Positions 59,287 through 64,000 of a DNA stretch of 64,000 nt are shown here, piece by piece (the stretch's first letter is position 1; the number at the start of each line of letters is the position of its first letter). The translations under genes were made by a program, and so were the position numbers. Source of the DNA: an uncultured Poribacteria bacterium (lineage in GTDB: Bacteria > Poribacteria > WGA-4E > WGA-3G); the NCBI GenBank assembly GCA_951813565.1, contig OX638351.1:416001-480000 (forward strand). Reading direction: 5' to 3'. The notes under the pieces were generated by a model, which saw only the letters and a list, made by a program, of their open reading frames with translations, ran no database searches and was not told the DNA's origin.

Positions 59287-60036
59287 ATGATACACTGGAG
59301 TACAATCATGTCCATAAGGAGGAATAATGAAGTGGTTAAACAGGTACTTTTGGTCGGTGTGCTGTTATTTACAATGATGCCTTACGCTTTAGGGCATCTT
59401 ACCGACGAAAAACTTCAAAATTTCCAATATGACGCGGAACTCGTCCCTGTCGCACCCATCGTTGATGGATACCTTGACGACCCCGTATGGGAAGACGCGT
59501 ACCTTGGTAAACTCAACCAAGAAATTATTGGCGGGTATAAGTGGCCTGAATCCGATGATTTCACCGGATCATTCAAAGCGGTTTGGCGTAGCGGATTCCT
59601 TTATGTCGCTATCAAAATACAAGATGATCAGTTTGAAAAATATCAATCTAAACTCTTAAGGGAAGACCGACTTATCCTCCAAATTGACGAGTTTCACTAT
59701 CAACGTAAGGATGATCTCCACCGCTATGAAATTCCTATTGGAGTAGAGACAGGCATTCTGCAATCCCCTTTAGCATCAGTGGCTTGGGGAAATGATGGGC
59801 AAACTTGTGAATTAAGTTTTCGGCTTGGAGACATCGCAAGTAAAGATAGTGTTATAGGTTTTAGTATAGCCTATGATGACGTTGATAACGGTCAACTACA
59901 AAATACAATTGCTTGGGCACCAGAAGGCTATACAGAACAGAATAACATGCTCCCCGATATCGTTTTCACAGCGAAGATAAATCCTAATGCGCAACAAAAA
60001 TTGATCCGATGGGGACAAATAAAGAGACTCTATTAA
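59287..60036 (+). CDS. Secreted CBM9-like/DOMON sugar-binding protein with a C-terminal K..WG.IK motif
   Basis: APIVDGYLDDPVW, W....LYVAIKIQDD, IGFSIAYDDVD; C-terminus QKLIRWGQIKRLY. Confidence 0.75.
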   Translation: MIHWSTIMSIRRNNEVVKQVLLVGVLLFTMMPYALGHLTDEKLQNFQYDAELVPVAPIVDGYLDDPVWEDAYLGKLNQEIIGGYKWPESDDFTGSFKAVWRSGFLYVAIKIQDDQFEKYQSKLLREDRLILQIDEFHYQRKDDLHRYEIPIGVETGILQSPLASVAWGNDGQTCELSFRLGDIASKDSVIGFSIAYDDVDNGQLQNTIAWAPEGYTEQNNMLPDIVFTAKINPNAQQKLIRWGQIKRLY

Positions 60037-60079
60037 TAACACATATCAGGGCAATTCCAACATTCAGCACATCCTAAAA

Positions 60080-60295
60080 ATGTTGGAATTTGCCCTAAAT
60101 TTTGAGGAACCGGTGTATTATATCGGAAAAACTTTAGAACTTATGGGTATAGTATGTTTAGGTGCCGCACTCTATTTAGGTCTTTTTAATCCTTTTGGGT
60201 ATAGTGAAGCCAAAGCCATGGGTGTTGAGATGGGTTTCTTAGCACTCGGCATCGTTGTCTTTTTCATTGGAAGGCTTATTGAAAAACAGCATTAG
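60080..60295 (+). CDS. Small two-TM membrane protein
   Basis: Two hydrophobic helices; start uncertain. Confidence 0.6.
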   Translation: MLEFALNFEEPVYYIGKTLELMGIVCLGAALYLGLFNPFGYSEAKAMGVEMGFLALGIVVFFIGRLIEKQH

Positions 60296-60407
60296 AATTT
60301 ATCGTCTGTTCCCCCTAACTCAACAAATCCCGATCAGGTCTTACCTGTTTGAAACTCCTTTAACATAAAATTGAAACTATAATGTTGAACGTCATTCCAT
60401 ATTCTGC

Positions 60408-61499
60408 TCACTCTGTCTGTGGAGATGATGGGTTCGTGGGTTGGTCTGCGCGGATATATCCATAAACCGGGATACGAATCGGTAAGGAAGTTACCGAGGT
60501 TGTCATACGGATTTCTTCACGTAACAGGGAAGGTGATTTTGATATATCCCATGATACTTTGAACCATCTTTCGTAACGTGATGAATCTGTTTTAGGTTTT
60601 ACCGTGTTGGATATATCAACAATTTCTAAATAGTTGGATGCCTGAATACTTAACACTGTAAACTCGATTTTTGCAGAAAGTGTAAATTTTAGCGAAGGTA
60701 TTGTCCCCCCATTTACTGCACCATAGGAGAGATTTTCCGGTTTAACTGTCACAGGTCCTACAATTCTTGCTACAATTGGTAATGTCAATGTCCGTTCATT
60801 CGGAAAAGCTACTGTGAGTAGCGCGGAAATAGGTGGCCCAACATTGTAAGGGTGACCCTCAGAATTAACCTCTCTATTGCTTTTAGGTACTCGCAATTGA
60901 ATCGTGATTATAAAACACTCTGAACGCAAATCAGGTGCTATATCCCATGTTAACATTGGATATTCTGAAGGTAAGAGACGAATCTCTTGTTGATTGAGTG
61001 GCGCGTTGACACACAGCTTAATTCGCCTTTCATAAGGTGTCTCAGGTAAGATTTCTCCGAAATCACAAACCTCTGCACTCAACGTAGCAAACCGTTTTAC
61101 TGATGCAACAATCGTCAAATAGACTTGCGGCGTTTTAGGGCTATCTGTAAAAAAAATTGCAGTCGCTGGAGTCGTATCATCAGGTAGGATTTGCGGATCA
61201 AGAAGTACCTTGAACGTTCCTTCTGTATTTGAGGGAATAACATTTGGCCCCTCAATTTCAGCGTAACTACATCCTGTTTGAATTCTATTAATATGGATTG
61301 GTCTGTTTCCGATGTTTTGTGCCAAAACCGTTTGTGTTACCTGTCCTTCCCATTCAGGAACTGTTCCAAAGTCAAGTCGTGTTTCAGAGAGGACTAACTC
61401 CCCCGAAAATTCTCGTTGGTTATTGACTAAGATGACTATTAATCCTGAAATTAGTAGTGCAGGAATGACAACTGTCGTCAGAATTTTGCGTTTTGACAT
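60408..61499 (-). CDS. DUF1573-domain Ig-like protein
   Basis: DFGTV......N.G..PI.I..IQTGCS; repeated DFGEI/SYGAV Ig-like units. Confidence 0.75.
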   Translation of the reverse strand: MSKRKILTTVVIPALLISGLIVILVNNQREFSGELVLSETRLDFGTVPEWEGQVTQTVLAQNIGNRPIHINRIQTGCSYAEIEGPNVIPSNTEGTFKVLLDPQILPDDTTPATAIFFTDSPKTPQVYLTIVASVKRFATLSAEVCDFGEILPETPYERRIKLCVNAPLNQQEIRLLPSEYPMLTWDIAPDLRSECFIITIQLRVPKSNREVNSEGHPYNVGPPISALLTVAFPNERTLTLPIVARIVGPVTVKPENLSYGAVNGGTIPSLKFTLSAKIEFTVLSIQASNYLEIVDISNTVKPKTDSSRYERWFKVSWDISKSPSLLREEIRMTTSVTSLPIRIPVYGYIRADQPTNPSSPQTE

Positions 61500-61757
61500 A
61501 GCCCTATTTTTGGTGTTGTGCCAGTCTATCTTATCGCGCTTTGATCTAAACGAATTAGGATTGGATTTATAGTATATCTTACCACCTTGCCATTGTCTAT
61601 AAAAAAACCATTTGATTTGACATTTTTTTTCTTTTGTGGTATTTTTATAATAGTATTAGAAAGTCTGAATTTTACAATGGATCTTCTATTTTTTAACAAA
61701 GGCATAAGACGAGAGCTGAAAGAGTTTTTCGATGTATCTGGTTAATAAAACATAGTT

Positions 61758-61903
61758 ATACCAATTCTAATATACAATGTCCCATTTAACATACTGTAAT
61801 TTAATGGAATATCTATAGAAGATAAGAATGTCCGAGGCGCAATGAATTGCGCGACTACGAACGGTCTATTTCTTAAAGGGAAGTTATTTTTAAGAAATGG
61901 TAT
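61758..61903. mobile_element. MITE with ATACCAATTCT/AGAAATGGTAT ends and REP cargo
   Basis: Same termini as the 166-200 palindrome; internal GAGGCGCAATGAATTGCGCGACTAC, also at 12205 and 49838. Confidence 0.6.
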
Positions 61904-61953
61904 TATTTTAAATTTGGGATGATTTAAGTTGTAGGGAGGCATACAATAGATTT

Positions 61954-63159
61954 ATGAAGAAACTCACAATTTTTCCAATGATTCTAATCTTATTCGTCTG
62001 TTTTGCTTGTGATACGAAACAGAAAGGCCGCAGCTATCTATCGGTAGGGAGAGATAAGCTGATTGAAAGTGGACTCGCAATTGAAGCAGTCCAGCTTCTC
62101 ACGGAGGCAGAAAAGAAAGAGGAAGATAAAACAGAACCACGAGCGCTGCTTGTAATAGCATATTCACACGCGCTGGCATCAGGCGTGACAAAAGGGCAGG
62201 ACTTTGAGTCAGAATATAAAAGACAGAGAGCTGAAAGAATAGATGCCTTGAATGAAGCAGAGATAAACAAAATGATCGAAATTCTCAGCAAACGTTCGGA
62301 GGTCCAGCAAAACGGCTTTCAAGCATTGGTGGAAAAAGGAACAGATGCTGCAGTTTTACTAATTGATAACCTCGCTGAAGGTTTATACCCAAAGGCAGAT
62401 AGCAATTTCATAACAACGCTAACCAAGATGGGTTCTAAGGCAGTTGATCCTATATTAGATAAAATAGCTGATGCGGACGTAAATCCCAATGTAAAAATAA
62501 TACTAATTCGGGTGATTGGCGAAATTGGTGATGAGAAAGTAGTTGAAAGGTTAAACGCTATTGACATGACCAACATCAGCGACGCATTCAAAATATCAAT
62601 TTACGCGACCCTCTATAGGCTTGGTGAAAAAAAATATAAATCTGAAATTCTCTCAGGCTTAACCTCAAATGAGGCAGGCGTGCGTCGTGCTGCTGCAAAA
62701 GTTATGGCTAATCTTGAGAATGTTAACACAACCACTCTCATCACAGCGCTTAAAGATAGTGATTCACAGGTGGTTACTGACATTGCAAAGGCGCTCGCTG
62801 TCCACAAAAATAAAGATGCTGTTAAACCTTTAGCAAATATCCTCAAGAGTGAACATGGCGCGAGTGCAAAGAAAGCGGTCGTAAATACACTTATCGCCTA
62901 TGCTGAGGCTGGAAGTGGTCTCACAAAAGGGTTAGCAAAACATCTTTCTCTCATGCTCATCAATAAAGAAGTAAGCAGTTCAGAAGACCGCGTCCGTTTA
63001 TTGCAATTACTCAAACATCCTGTAATGGTAAAGAAGCTTAAAGCGGCAATAGTGGTTGATGATCTTGACGCAAAACTCTATGATTACCTCCAAACAGATG
63101 AAGAAAGTGCATTTGTGAAAGTCGAACTCAATGAACTTCTCAATCTTATTAGAAAATAG
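61954..63159 (+). CDS. HEAT-repeat lipoprotein
   Basis: Lipobox CFAC; VRRAAAKVM, LITALKDSDSQV, AVKPLANIL HEAT-like repeats. Confidence 0.8.
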   Translation: MKKLTIFPMILILFVCFACDTKQKGRSYLSVGRDKLIESGLAIEAVQLLTEAEKKEEDKTEPRALLVIAYSHALASGVTKGQDFESEYKRQRAERIDALNEAEINKMIEILSKRSEVQQNGFQALVEKGTDAAVLLIDNLAEGLYPKADSNFITTLTKMGSKAVDPILDKIADADVNPNVKIILIRVIGEIGDEKVVERLNAIDMTNISDAFKISIYATLYRLGEKKYKSEILSGLTSNEAGVRRAAAKVMANLENVNTTTLITALKDSDSQVVTDIAKALAVHKNKDAVKPLANILKSEHGASAKKAVVNTLIAYAEAGSGLTKGLAKHLSLMLINKEVSSSEDRVRLLQLLKHPVMVKKLKAAIVVDDLDAKLYDYLQTDEESAFVKVELNELLNLIRK

Positions 63160-63534
63160 ACACCTATATGGGTGCGAATCTGTGTATTGATTAACTTTAT
63201 ACGTTGTATGAGGGAGGTTCGGATTTTGATTGGATAAGGGAACCACTTTGATGACATTGGTGTGTATCACGCTTCTAAACTACGGTAGATTTTAGAATTA
63301 CTTGAACGCTCCTTCGCCGACGATGTTTCTTGTCTACCGGGACGATAGTATCTCTTTATTTCATAATTCATTCCTATTATTAAAATTTGCTTGACACAAA
63401 AATGTATCTGTTTTATTATATTTTCTAAATGCTAATTCCCTCGGACTCCTGAGGAGAAATTATATTATCTCAATCTATACCGTACCATTGGATTTTGCAT
63501 TTACGTTGATGTTAGGAGGAAAAACGAACTTAAC

Positions 63535-64000
63535 ATGAAAAAACTTTTAACGATCTGCCTTGTTTTAATATGGGTTGTGTCGTTTGGCTGTGAGCAGAAA
63601 AAAATCATTCCTGAAATTTCACCGGGGAGAGATAAGTTGTTAGGAGCTGGTCTCGCAATAGAGGCAGTTGAGCATCTTAAACTGGCCGAAATCGAAGAGG
63701 AAAATAAGGATGAAGCTCGATCACTCTTGCTAATTGCGTATAGTCATGCGCTTTCAACGAACCTTACGTGGCTAAAAAGCAACAATTTGGAAACAGAATA
63801 TCGGAGCGAACGCGCCCGACGCCTTGCTGAACTGAACACATCTGAGATAAGGGAAATTTTTCAAATTCTTAATGAGAGGCACCGCGTTCAAAAAGATGCC
63901 AGACAAATCCTAATTGACAAAGGCATCCCCGTTATTCTCTCCATTCTGGAGAGTTTTAATAAAAACCGATATCCGAAAGCTGATGACGATTTTATCATTA
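63535..64000 (+). CDS. Tandem paralog of the HEAT-repeat lipoprotein (runs off the window end)
   Basis: AGGAGG RBS; MKKLLTICL...FGCEQK...DKLLGAGLAIEAVEHL..AE..EENKDEARSLLLIAYSHAL matches the 61954 protein. Confidence 0.8.
   Translation, partial: MKKLLTICLVLIWVVSFGCEQKKIIPEISPGRDKLLGAGLAIEAVEHLKLAEIEEENKDEARSLLLIAYSHALSTNLTWLKSNNLETEYRSERARRLAELNTSEIREIFQILNERHRVQKDARQILIDKGIPVILSILESFNKNRYPKADDDFII

Overview
Bacterial genomic window, moderately AT-rich. It is most likely from a Candidatus Poribacteria-like organism (inference from secreted proteins ending in a K-x2-3-W-G-x-[LI]-K motif, C-type lectin, TolB-like and HEAT proteins, and a sulfatase with its maturase). Housekeeping genes: trpF, tsaC, tsaD, mqnD, acpS, folP, ftsH, a DinG-family helicase and a YigZ protein. 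Metabolic and envelope genes: a corrinoid methyl-transfer module (corrinoid protein, RACo activator, homocysteine methyltransferase) near a BCCT transporter/porin pair and a MetE-type enzyme; two HtrA proteases; an M6 metalloprotease; a repeat-expanded flotillin next to a beta/gamma-crystallin protein; PorV-like and GcvH-like proteins. Mobile DNA is abundant: one apparently intact IS630, plus disrupted IS1595, IS4-like and IS982 elements. The intergenic regions are nests of several miniature elements. The most unusual features are (1) a ~33-bp hairpin+TTGATT micro-element that inserts after CC with no duplication, (2) a MITE that inserts into REP hairpins with 19-bp target duplications, (3) a 390-bp IS607-like insert splitting the IS1595 transposase, and (4) a 1.4-kb cassette flanked by a 111-bp duplication of the corrinoid gene 5' end. 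No rRNA, tRNA or CRISPR array was seen. All family assignments come from motif recognition by eye, not from database searches.
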